NCBI GenBank assembly: GCA_021162615.1
Contig: JAGGYH010000090.1
Span: 22,800-86,799 of the forward strand
Direction: 5' to 3'
Length of the DNA: 64,000 nucleotides
Source of the DNA: Candidatus Aminicenantes bacterium
GTDB taxonomy: Bacteria > Acidobacteriota > Aminicenantia > Aminicenantales > Aminicenantaceae
Below, piece after piece: positions 38,490 to 46,733 of this stretch; position 1 is the stretch's first letter; the number at the start of each line of letters is the position of its first letter. The notes under the pieces are model-generated. The model saw only the letters and a list, made by a program, of their open reading frames with translations. It was not told the DNA's origin and made no database searches. A program made the position numbers and the translations under genes.

Positions 38490-39195
38490 CTTATTGATAG
38501 CGCTTCTTGTATCTGCTCTTTTTATTATTTTCTGCAGGGCGGATCTAAAAAAGGCTCCGGAGAACTATGCTGACCAGAGAAAGGAAATGGTGAAAAACCA
38601 GCTGGAGAGGAGAGGTATTAGGGATGAGAGAGTCCTTCAAGCGATGAGAGAAGTCCCCAGGCATTTGTTCATAGACGAAAAGTACCGTGACCTGGCTTAC
38701 GCGGATCACCCTCTTCCGATCGATGCCAAGCAGACCATTTCACAGCCTTATATCGTCGCTTTGATGACAGAGGTTGTTGAGGTAAAAAACGGAGATAAGG
38801 TACTTGAGATAGGAACGGGTTCCGGATACCAGGCGGCTGTCCTGGCACATCTGACGGATGAGGTTTATTCAGTGGAGATCATAAAGGAGCTGGCGGAAAA
38901 AGCGGATTGTACTCTTAAAGAATTAGGATACACTCATGTGCGGATTAAATGGGGAGATGGAAATTTAGGATGGGAGGAGAACGCTCCTTATGATGCTGTG
39001 ATAGTGACCTGCGCTTCAAAAAGGGTGCCTCCCGCTCTTTTTACGCAGCTCAAGGAAGGAGGGAAGATGATCATTCCTATAGGAGAGCCCTCTTCTTTTC
39101 AAATACTGACATTGATTGAGAAAAAGCAGGGGAAACCATTAAAAAAAGAGATACTGGGAGTCCGTTTTGTTCCCATGACAGACAAGAAAAAGTGA
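38476..39195 (+). CDS. pcm: Protein-L-isoaspartate O-methyltransferase, possibly with an N-terminal TM/signal extension
   Basis: REVPRHLFIDE, ISQPYIVALM and EIGTGSGYQAAVLA motifs. The start is ambiguous. ATG 38476 lies inside the repeat and adds MNRSGLLIALLVSALFIIFC. ATG 38587 gives a canonical cytoplasmic Pcm (MVKNQLERRGI...). Confidence 0.85.
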   Translation: MNRSGLLIALLVSALFIIFCRADLKKAPENYADQRKEMVKNQLERRGIRDERVLQAMREVPRHLFIDEKYRDLAYADHPLPIDAKQTISQPYIVALMTEVVEVKNGDKVLEIGTGSGYQAAVLAHLTDEVYSVEIIKELAEKADCTLKELGYTHVRIKWGDGNLGWEENAPYDAVIVTCASKRVPPALFTQLKEGGKMIIPIGEPSSFQILTLIEKKQGKPLKKEILGVRFVPMTDKKK

Positions 39196-39263
39196 AATCC
39201 ATTAAAATTATGTAATTATATTGCTTTTAGACAAGACTTGTGTTACTTTTTGTTCGGTTGGTC

Positions 39264-40661
39264 ATGATTAAATTCGGTACATCTGGTTGGCGGGCTGTTA
39301 TGGGGGAGGAATTCACCTTTCAGAATGTCCGTATTGTGGTCCAGGCGATCGCAAATTACTTGAAGAAAAGATTCGATTCCAAAATTTCTGTCATAGTCAA
39401 TTATGACACCCGGTTTCTTTCAGAAAGGTTTGCTTCAGAAGCAGCCAAAGTTCTTTCTCATAACAGGATCCATGTTTACTTAACAGACCGGGATGCTCCC
39501 TCTCAAGCCCAATGCTTCCAAATCATTTCCAGAAAAGCGCAGGGAGGGATAAATTTCACAGCATCCTTTAATCCGCCGGAATACAACGGACTCAAATTCA
39601 ACGTCGAGACGGGAGCTCCTGCTTTGCCGGAAGTGACCGATCAGATCGAGGAGGAGATAAAATATCTTTCGGATCAGTACAGTTCATGTCCTTATTACCC
39701 GAAATCTGAATTTATTGAAGAAATAGATCTGCAGAGTGAATATCTGGGCGATATCCAAAAAAAAATCGATTTTGATGCGATCCGGAAGTCAGGAATAAAG
39801 ATAGGAGTAGACCTTTTATACGGCACGAGCCGGGAGTATTTGGATGAGATTTTAGAAGAGAATCATATTTCAATTGAAGAGCTGCATGGGTACATTGACC
39901 CCTATTTCGGAGGGATAAATCCCTCCTGCAGAAGTGAAGACCTTGGGGAATTAAAAAAGACGGTCAGAGAAAAAGGCTGTCATATGGGGATCGCCACGGA
40001 TTGTGATGGAGACAGGTTCGGGATTGTCGATGAGAAAGGGATGTTTGTAGATGCGGATTTAGTACTTGCCCTGCTTCTGGAATATTTGATAACCAGAAAG
40101 AAATTGAAGGGCGGAGTGGGCCGTTCTGTGGCCACATCTCATTTGCTGGATAAAATAGCGCGTAATTATAAAATGAAGCTGTACAGGACTCCGGTTGGCT
40201 TTAAGTATCTTGCGGATTTGTTTTTAAGGGGTAAGATAGTGTTCGGAGGCGAGGAGAGTGCGTGCCTTGTGGTTAAAGGCCATCTGCCCGAAAAAGATGG
40301 GATATTTGCAGGCCTTTTAGTGGCAGAGATGATCTCAGCGGAAGGAAAAAGTCTTTCTGAATTAACCACAGAATTATTCAAAAAGTATGGGAAAAGGATA
40401 AGAGAGCAGGTCAAAGTCGATTTGTCCGAAAAAATCAGACAAAAATTGGAAGAGCTGATCAAGAATCCTCCTGCTGAAGTAGGTCAAAGAAAAGTACTGA
40501 GCACACAGGATGCTGATGGGATTAAATTCAATTTCTCAGAAGACGACTGGCTGCTGCTTCGTTTCTCAGGAACGGTACCTGCCATCCGGTGTTATGCGGA
40601 AGCAGGATCAAAAAAAGAGCTTAAAAGGCTCATTAGTTCAGGATTGGGATTGATCTCATAA
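39264..40661 (+). CDS. Alpha-D-phosphohexomutase (phosphoglucomutase/phosphomannomutase family)
   Basis: MIKFGTSGWR, phosphoserine loop TASFNP, metal loop DCDGDR, GGEES and RFSGTVP. See the finding on the His-to-Phe change. Confidence 0.85.
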   Translation: MIKFGTSGWRAVMGEEFTFQNVRIVVQAIANYLKKRFDSKISVIVNYDTRFLSERFASEAAKVLSHNRIHVYLTDRDAPSQAQCFQIISRKAQGGINFTASFNPPEYNGLKFNVETGAPALPEVTDQIEEEIKYLSDQYSSCPYYPKSEFIEEIDLQSEYLGDIQKKIDFDAIRKSGIKIGVDLLYGTSREYLDEILEENHISIEELHGYIDPYFGGINPSCRSEDLGELKKTVREKGCHMGIATDCDGDRFGIVDEKGMFVDADLVLALLLEYLITRKKLKGGVGRSVATSHLLDKIARNYKMKLYRTPVGFKYLADLFLRGKIVFGGEESACLVVKGHLPEKDGIFAGLLVAEMISAEGKSLSELTTELFKKYGKRIREQVKVDLSEKIRQKLEELIKNPPAEVGQRKVLSTQDADGIKFNFSEDDWLLLRFSGTVPAIRCYAEAGSKKELKRLISSGLGLIS

Positions 40662-40964
40662 ATGAGAAAGCAAGAGGACGGTTCTCAGGGATTCAAAAAA
40701 AGGCTCTTCACCGCAGGGATTGTTTTTTTGTTTTTTGTTCTGGTCATGGTCTCTTTTTTTGGAAAGAATGGTTTGATAGATGCATACAAAACAAAAGAGA
40801 AACAGCGGGAATTGATTGAGAAAGCCGAGAAGCTGGAAAAAGAAAAGCAGGGACTGCAGAAGGAGATAAGGGAACTCAAAACAAATCCCCAGGCCGTAGA
40901 AAAAAAGGCACGTGAGAAACTCTGGCTGGTCAAGCCGGATGAGATAGTCATCGTCAAAAAATAG
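40662..40964 (+). CDS. ftsB: Cell division protein FtsB/DivIC (septum formation initiator)
   Basis: 100 aa, with one TM, a coiled coil, then the ...AREKLWLVKPDEIVI tail typical of FtsB. Confidence 0.7.
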   Translation: MRKQEDGSQGFKKRLFTAGIVFLFFVLVMVSFFGKNGLIDAYKTKEKQRELIEKAEKLEKEKQGLQKEIRELKTNPQAVEKKAREKLWLVKPDEIVIVKK

Positions 40965-41050
40965 AGCTAAAATCAGAGAGAAAAATCGATAGAGTCCTGA
41001 GGCTTTGTTTTTTATTTCCAAAAACGTGATGTAAAATACGGGTGTGTCCT

Positions 41051-43972
41051 ATGGAAGGTCTGCTAAAAGAACTCAATCCGGAACAGAGGAAAGCCGTTAC
41101 CCATACACAGGGCCCTTTGCTGATCATAGCAGGAGCCGGGACCGGAAAGACAAAAGTCCTCACTCACCGGGTCGCGTATTTGATATCTGCTAAATATGCA
41201 AGACCGGAACAGATACTAGCTGTCACCTTCACTGAAAAAGCAGCTAATGAGATGGAAGAAAGAGTCGATATTCTTATTCCCTACAGCTATTCGTTTGTTG
41301 ATGTGGCGACGTTCAATTCATTCGGCGAGAGTGTTCTCAGAGATTACGGACATGAGATCGGGCTTCCCCTTGATTTCAAGCTATTGGATGAAGTGGATCA
41401 GTCTATTTTCTTCAGGGAGAATCTGTTCAGGTTTCCTCTGGATATTTACAGGCCTTTAAGCAGTCCCACAAAACATATCCAGGAAATTCTGGCGGCTATA
41501 CGGAGGCTCAAACAGGAGGACGTGAAACCTGAACAGTATGTGATATTTGCTTCCGAAATGGAGAAAGAGGCGAAAGATCCCGCAGATAAAGAGACAGCTT
41601 TGAAACACTTGGAGATAGCCAAGGTGTACAGAGAATACCAGAGGATTCTTAGAGAACAGGGAAAAATTGATTTTGAAGACCAGGTGGTGCTGGCCGTGGA
41701 TTTGTTCCGGAGGAGGCCTTCTCTATTAAAACATTTTCAGAATAGATACAAATATATTCTGGTGGATGAATTTCAGGATACCAATTACATTCAGTTCCAG
41801 ATGCTCAGGCTCCTGGCGGGAAAACACAGAAACATCACAGTAGTCGGGGATGATGACCAGAGCATCTTTCGGTTTCGAGGCGCGTCTCTGAGTAATATTC
41901 TGGATTTCTCCAAGATGTATCCTGATACGGAGCGAGTCGTCATAAACAAAAATTACCGCTCCACCCAGGCCGTGCTTGATTCCGCCTATAAGTTGATACA
42001 GCACAACAATCCCTACCGTTTGGAAGTGAGGGAGGATATAAATAAATCACTGAAGTCAACAAAAAAACAGGAAGAGAAAAGCATATTTAAGCTTCAATTC
42101 GATACTTCATCACATGAAGCCGATAGAGTGGCTGAGATCATAAAAGAAAAAATCAAAGAAGGTTTTAGCTGCAAAGATATCGCCATTCTGGTCAGAAGAA
42201 ATATGGATGCGGATCCTTTTATCAGGACTTTAAACGTAAATGAGATCCCGTTTCGTTTTTCCGGAAGCAGGGGGCTCTACTCAAGGGAGGAGGTACGCCT
42301 TCTCATATCATTCATCAAGATATTGACGGACTTTGAGGACAGCAAAAGCCTGTTCCGCCTTTCTTTGTCAGAAGTCTATGGTGTAAGCACCTATGATTTA
42401 ACAAAGGTATCCAATTATGCGTACAGGAAAAACTGGCCTCTGCATAAGGCCTTTCAGAAAATCGACAGCGGCGAACTGCCGGTTGATATTTCAAGTGAAT
42501 CTGTTCGGAAGATAAAAAAGATTTTTAATGAACTCCTCTATTTTGTGGAATATTCAAGCTCCCAAAATGCGGGCAGGGTTTTGTATTCGTTTCTTGAGAG
42601 GAGCGGGTATTTGAAGTCACTTGTGGAGAAAAAAGACCTTGAAACTGAAATAAAGATAAAGAATATCCGTTTGTTTTTTGACAAACTAAAGGATTTTTCG
42701 GAACTGACAGGAGATGACTCCATTCAATCCTTTGCCGAACACCTGGAACTTCTCCAGCAGGTAGGTGATAATCCGGCTACGGCTGAAGCGGAACTGGAGG
42801 AGGATGCGGTCAATGTGCTGACGGTCCATAAAGCCAAAGGGCTTGAGTTTCAGATAGTTTTTATGGTGAGTCTTATCGCTGACAGGTTTCCCGGGAGAAT
42901 GAGAAAAGAAAAGATCCCTTTTCCGGATGACATTACGAAACAGCGTTCCTCAGGGGAAGAAGCTCTTCCCAGTGAAGATCTCAACAAGATACACATGCAG
43001 GAAGAGAGACGTTTGTTTTATGTGGGGATGACCAGAGCAAAAAGGGTTCTTTATTTGACATGGGCCAGGGATTACGGGGTAAAGCGGCTGAAAAAGGTCA
43101 GCCCCTTTGTTCTGGAGGCTTTGGACCTGGCCAAAGCTCCGGAAAAAACCCTCTGCTCCTCAGCAGAGGAGGAGATCAGAAGATACGCTCCCAGACATAC
43201 TCAGTCTTTTCCTGTTAAAGAAGAAGAAAGAAAAGGGGTCATCAGCTTGAGCTTTTTTCAGGTCGATGATTATCTGACCTGCCCCCTGAAGTACAGATAC
43301 AGGCATATTATGCGTGTTCCTGTTCTTCCTCATTACAATCTGATTTTTGGAAGAGTGATGCATGAAGCGGTTCATTTCTATTTAAAGAAGAGGATGTCAG
43401 GAGAAAGCCCCGGCATAGAAGAGGTGGTCCAATATTATAAAGACCACTGGATCAACGAAGGATTCCTTAGCCGGGAACATGAAGAAATGAAGAAAAAAGC
43501 AGGTGAAAAAGCTGTGCGCCTGTTTTATAAAAGAGAAGAGTCGTCTGGGAAAAATCCCTATTATCTTGAGAAAGAATTCAAATGGAAGGAAGGGAATGTC
43601 AAGTTTGTCGGAAGATGGGACAGAGTCGATATGCTTAAGAATGGAGCTGTGATCACTGATTTCAAAGCCACCCAGGTCAAAAACCAGGAGGAAGCAGATA
43701 GAAAGACAAAGGAGGCTGTGCAGCTGGACCTCTATGCCCTTTCCTTTTCAAAAACAGAGAAAAAAGAACTTTTAGAGACCCGGCTTCATTTTTTGGAATC
43801 TGATATTATTGGAAGAGCTTATAAAGGCGAAAAAGAAATGGAAGCCGCGGCTGAGAAAATAAGAAAGGCCGAACAGGGGATAAGAAAGGGTGATTTTCAT
43901 GCTGAGCCGGACTGGCACGACTGCAGCTACTGTGAATTCAGGAATATATGTCCATCCTCCTACGCCTATTAA
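41051..43972 (+). CDS. UvrD/PcrA-type SF1 helicase fused to a C-terminal PD-(D/E)XK nuclease with a 4-Cys cluster
   Basis: LNPEQRKAV, AGAGTGKT, VDEFQDTN and VHKAKGLEF helicase motifs. The C-terminus has C-PLKYRY..., GRWDRVD, ITDFK, QLDLYAL and CSYCEFRNIC (AddB/Cas4-like). Confidence 0.85.
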   Translation: MEGLLKELNPEQRKAVTHTQGPLLIIAGAGTGKTKVLTHRVAYLISAKYARPEQILAVTFTEKAANEMEERVDILIPYSYSFVDVATFNSFGESVLRDYGHEIGLPLDFKLLDEVDQSIFFRENLFRFPLDIYRPLSSPTKHIQEILAAIRRLKQEDVKPEQYVIFASEMEKEAKDPADKETALKHLEIAKVYREYQRILREQGKIDFEDQVVLAVDLFRRRPSLLKHFQNRYKYILVDEFQDTNYIQFQMLRLLAGKHRNITVVGDDDQSIFRFRGASLSNILDFSKMYPDTERVVINKNYRSTQAVLDSAYKLIQHNNPYRLEVREDINKSLKSTKKQEEKSIFKLQFDTSSHEADRVAEIIKEKIKEGFSCKDIAILVRRNMDADPFIRTLNVNEIPFRFSGSRGLYSREEVRLLISFIKILTDFEDSKSLFRLSLSEVYGVSTYDLTKVSNYAYRKNWPLHKAFQKIDSGELPVDISSESVRKIKKIFNELLYFVEYSSSQNAGRVLYSFLERSGYLKSLVEKKDLETEIKIKNIRLFFDKLKDFSELTGDDSIQSFAEHLELLQQVGDNPATAEAELEEDAVNVLTVHKAKGLEFQIVFMVSLIADRFPGRMRKEKIPFPDDITKQRSSGEEALPSEDLNKIHMQEERRLFYVGMTRAKRVLYLTWARDYGVKRLKKVSPFVLEALDLAKAPEKTLCSSAEEEIRRYAPRHTQSFPVKEEERKGVISLSFFQVDDYLTCPLKYRYRHIMRVPVLPHYNLIFGRVMHEAVHFYLKKRMSGESPGIEEVVQYYKDHWINEGFLSREHEEMKKKAGEKAVRLFYKREESSGKNPYYLEKEFKWKEGNVKFVGRWDRVDMLKNGAVITDFKATQVKNQEEADRKTKEAVQLDLYALSFSKTEKKELLETRLHFLESDIIGRAYKGEKEMEAAAEKIRKAEQGIRKGDFHAEPDWHDCSYCEFRNICPSSYAY

Positions 43973-43976
43973 TTTA

Positions 43977-44204
43977 GGGACGCTCCATAAGGTACCACCC
44001 TATATTACTGAATCCGTTGGATATTAAAACAATATTCCAGATTGTCTCTCTCTGATTTAATACACCACCGCAATCCTGCAGACGCAAGTCCCTCTATAGA
44101 TCGGGTTCTTAAGAGTCAGAATAAGGGAAGATTGATTGCATTTTGATTGTAAGCCATGTATATAAATGCGGGATTTTATAGGGTGGTACCTAATGGGACG
44201 TCCC
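43977..44204. mobile_element. MITE-like element, family 1, copy B (228 bp)
   Basis: Ends GGGACGCTCCATAAGGTACCACCCTATA (43977-44004) and TATAGGGTGGTACCTAATGGGACGTCCC (44177-44204). The left half is near-identical to 12520-12650 apart from a ~10-nt indel. It lies between the convergent helicase and sppA stops. Confidence 0.7.
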
Positions 44205-44211
44205 TATACTA

Positions 44212-45942
44212 TCATTCAGGGGAGAGCCAAAACGGCATCAGCTCCCATATCACCTCATCTCTCAGCATCTGGATGGTCGAAAGCACGTCCTGTACTTTTT
44301 TATCAAACACAGGGATTTTGGATTGAGCCCTGGCCGCAAGTTTTCCGAACAAAGCATCAAAAAGGGAAACTTTTTTGGGGAGCACCACAAGCGCCACTTC
44401 TTCATCTGGAGGGATTCCTGCCATCTCTTTGGCTGTTTGTACTGCTTTTGATAAATCTCCGATGTCATCTATAAGCCCGAGCTTCTGTGCCTGGCTTCCT
44501 GTCCAGACCCTTCCTTTGCCGATTTTATCAATCTCTTCTTTTGTCATGCTGCGGTCATTAGCCGCTTTTGTAATGAAGTTATCATAAGTATCCAGAATCA
44601 TCTCTTTGAGGAACGCCCTTTCTGCATCAGTGCTTTTCCTGAATGTGGTTAAAATGTCGGACTTATCTCCGAAAGAAATTTTTTCCCCTGAAATGCCTAG
44701 TTTTTCATAAAGTTTTCCCATATTGAATTTGGCAAAGATAACCCCTATGGAACCGGTTAAAGTCTGTGGATGAGCTATGATTTTATGGGCCGCCATTGAA
44801 ACCTGATAGCCTCCGGAACCGGCCATATCGGACATAGATACCACAAAAGGTTTTTCTTTTTTTGCCAGAGAGACTTCTCTCCATATGGAGTCAGATGCGA
44901 CAGCAGAGCCGCCGGGGCTGTCCACGCGGAATACAATGGCTTTGATAGAGTCGTCTTTTCTGGCTTTCCTTATCCATCTCACGACGGTCCGGCTTCCCAT
45001 AATCGAATAAGCCCCTTCTCCTGTGAATATGGGGCCTACGCCGTAGAGAAGTGCTATTTTTTTCCCTTTATTAAGCCCAAGCGAGGAAGGCGGTGTTTTT
45101 ACATACTTGGCATGGCTTATCCTGTTGACTTTTTTGTTTTTTCCCCCTATCAAGTCCAGCAGTTCATCCTCATAGAAGACTTCATCCACAAGTCCGGCTT
45201 CCTTGGCTTGTTCCCCCTGAAAAAAGGCGTGATCAATAAGTTTTTCAAAGTCCTGTGCCGTCATTCCTCTCGCTTTTGATGCGGTTTCCACATAAAGGGA
45301 AAAAATCTCACTGTAAATGGATTCCATCATCTCCCTGTGGGCAGGCGTGAGATGGTCTTTGGTGAACATATTATAAGCGGTCTTGTATTCTTCGACCCGT
45401 TCGACCTCTGCTTCCACACCGATTTTATCCAGCAGTTTTTTCACGAACGGCACATACCCGCCTATTCCATTAATGACGAGCATCCCTTCCGGATGAAGAA
45501 CGATTTTGTCGCAGGCTGTGGCAAGATAGTATTCCTTATCCAGGTCATAGGCTTCTTCGATATAGGCGTATACTTTTTTCCCTGATTTTCTAAAATCCAG
45601 CACCAGGTCTCTTATCTCATTTATTTTAGCCCAGTCAGCATCAACATACCCCAGCCTTAACAGGATGCTGTCTATTTTTGTGTCGACTTTGGCTTTGCGC
45701 ATATTTGTCCAGATATCATACATTGAGAGCGGAGGCTGCTGCATGAAAAAAGCGGAAAGAAAGTCAGGATAAGATTTTTCGATAAGCCTCCCCGAGAGGT
45801 TGATCTCGAGGCAGGAGCCGGGTTTTACAGTTGGGACTTTTGCAAATTCGTAATAAAGGAAAGAAACAAAAGTAGCAGCCAGAAGAATGAAAAAAACAAG
45901 AAAGATGATAATGACATATTTACCTTTTTTCATTGAGCACAC
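44212..45942 (-). CDS. sppA: Signal peptide peptidase SppA, 67K type (two S49 domains)
   Basis: N-terminal TM, duplicated S49 fold and the MAGSGGY serine motif. 576 aa. Confidence 0.85.
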   Translation of the reverse strand: MCSMKKGKYVIIIFLVFFILLAATFVSFLYYEFAKVPTVKPGSCLEINLSGRLIEKSYPDFLSAFFMQQPPLSMYDIWTNMRKAKVDTKIDSILLRLGYVDADWAKINEIRDLVLDFRKSGKKVYAYIEEAYDLDKEYYLATACDKIVLHPEGMLVINGIGGYVPFVKKLLDKIGVEAEVERVEEYKTAYNMFTKDHLTPAHREMMESIYSEIFSLYVETASKARGMTAQDFEKLIDHAFFQGEQAKEAGLVDEVFYEDELLDLIGGKNKKVNRISHAKYVKTPPSSLGLNKGKKIALLYGVGPIFTGEGAYSIMGSRTVVRWIRKARKDDSIKAIVFRVDSPGGSAVASDSIWREVSLAKKEKPFVVSMSDMAGSGGYQVSMAAHKIIAHPQTLTGSIGVIFAKFNMGKLYEKLGISGEKISFGDKSDILTTFRKSTDAERAFLKEMILDTYDNFITKAANDRSMTKEEIDKIGKGRVWTGSQAQKLGLIDDIGDLSKAVQTAKEMAGIPPDEEVALVVLPKKVSLFDALFGKLAARAQSKIPVFDKKVQDVLSTIQMLRDEVIWELMPFWLSPE

Positions 45943-46110
45943 TCCATGTTGGGATTTACTGTAATATAACAGAAAAGGCAGTTGAATGTGAAATGGAAAA
46001 GCTGAAATTCATCAGGATGAGGCATGAATAATTCTCGGCGTTGATAAATGCAGGAGGAATCACTATAATATCTGAAAATTGCACAATTCAGAGTAGTGAA
46101 GGGAACTGAG

Positions 46111-46605
46111 ATGAAAGCAATTGAAGTAGAGAACATATCAAAACAATACGGCAGCTTTTATGCTGTAAAGAACTGGAAAATTATGAATTGACGGCTGACC
46201 TGGGACAGCTTGAAGATGCTCTCAATCAAAAAGTACTGTCTGGCGATATTTCCGGATACATGTACATCCCTGAAAACATCATTGAGGGAGGAACCGTTGA
46301 GTTTGCAGCGGAGAATGTGTCGGATTTTGAAAAAATCAGCAGCATCAATAAGGTGCTGAATGCGGTCATTGGCTCCACTGTCAATCGTGCTTTCATTGAT
46401 CCCGTTCTTCTCTCCTATTCTCATGCTTCTCCGTGTCTGTGTTCTGCTTCCTCCTTTCACAGAGATTTTGAGCTCCATTGTGCTGCTCATCACGACCACT
46501 GTCGGAATGATCTGGATTACCGGAAAGATATACCGGGTAGGGCTTCTTATGTATGGAAAGCGCCCCAGCTTACCTGAAATCATCAAATGGGTAAGGTATA
46601 AATAA
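46111..46605 (+). pseudogene. Collapsed remnant of a NatA/NatB-like ABC transporter (ATPase N-terminus plus ABC-2 permease fragments in three frames)
   Basis: 46111-46191 encodes MKAIEVENISKQYGSFYAVKN, then stops before the Walker A. A second frame (46188-~46395) gives a permease ectodomain-like piece (ALNQKVLSGDISGYMYIPENIIEGG.VEF.AENVSDF). A third frame (~46390-46605) gives the permease C-terminus (LIPFFSPILMLLRV...GKIYRVGLLMYGKRPSLPEIIKWVRYK*). Confidence 0.6.
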
Positions 46606-46633
46606 CTTTATTGGCCGCCGGGGGGTATCTGTG

Positions 46634-46663
46634 TTGACATCATTCCGCGAGGCATGCTATACT
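46634..46663 (+). promoter_or_regulatory. Candidate sigma-70 promoter upstream of copA
   Basis: TTGACA (46634-46639), an 18-nt spacer, then TATACT (46658-46663). It is followed by the AT-palindromic TATATAAAATATATA and an RBS GAGGGGA before ATG 46734. Confidence 0.4.
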
Positions 46664-46733
46664 TGCAATTGTATATAAAATATATAGAAATAATAGGATA
46701 AAATACCTCGTTTCTTATGAGGGGATGGGTTAA

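Noticed and set aside
40656-41021. Two minus-strand ORFs (121 and 90 aa) opposite ftsB
   Set aside because: The plus-strand product has the FtsB topology and conserved tail and abuts the upstream gene stop. The antisense translations are low-complexity Phe/Leu/Ser-rich.
44166-44474. 102-aa plus-strand ORF starting inside MITE copy B
   Set aside because: It begins in the terminal inverted repeat and runs antisense through the sppA 3' end, with no motifs. It is most likely spurious.
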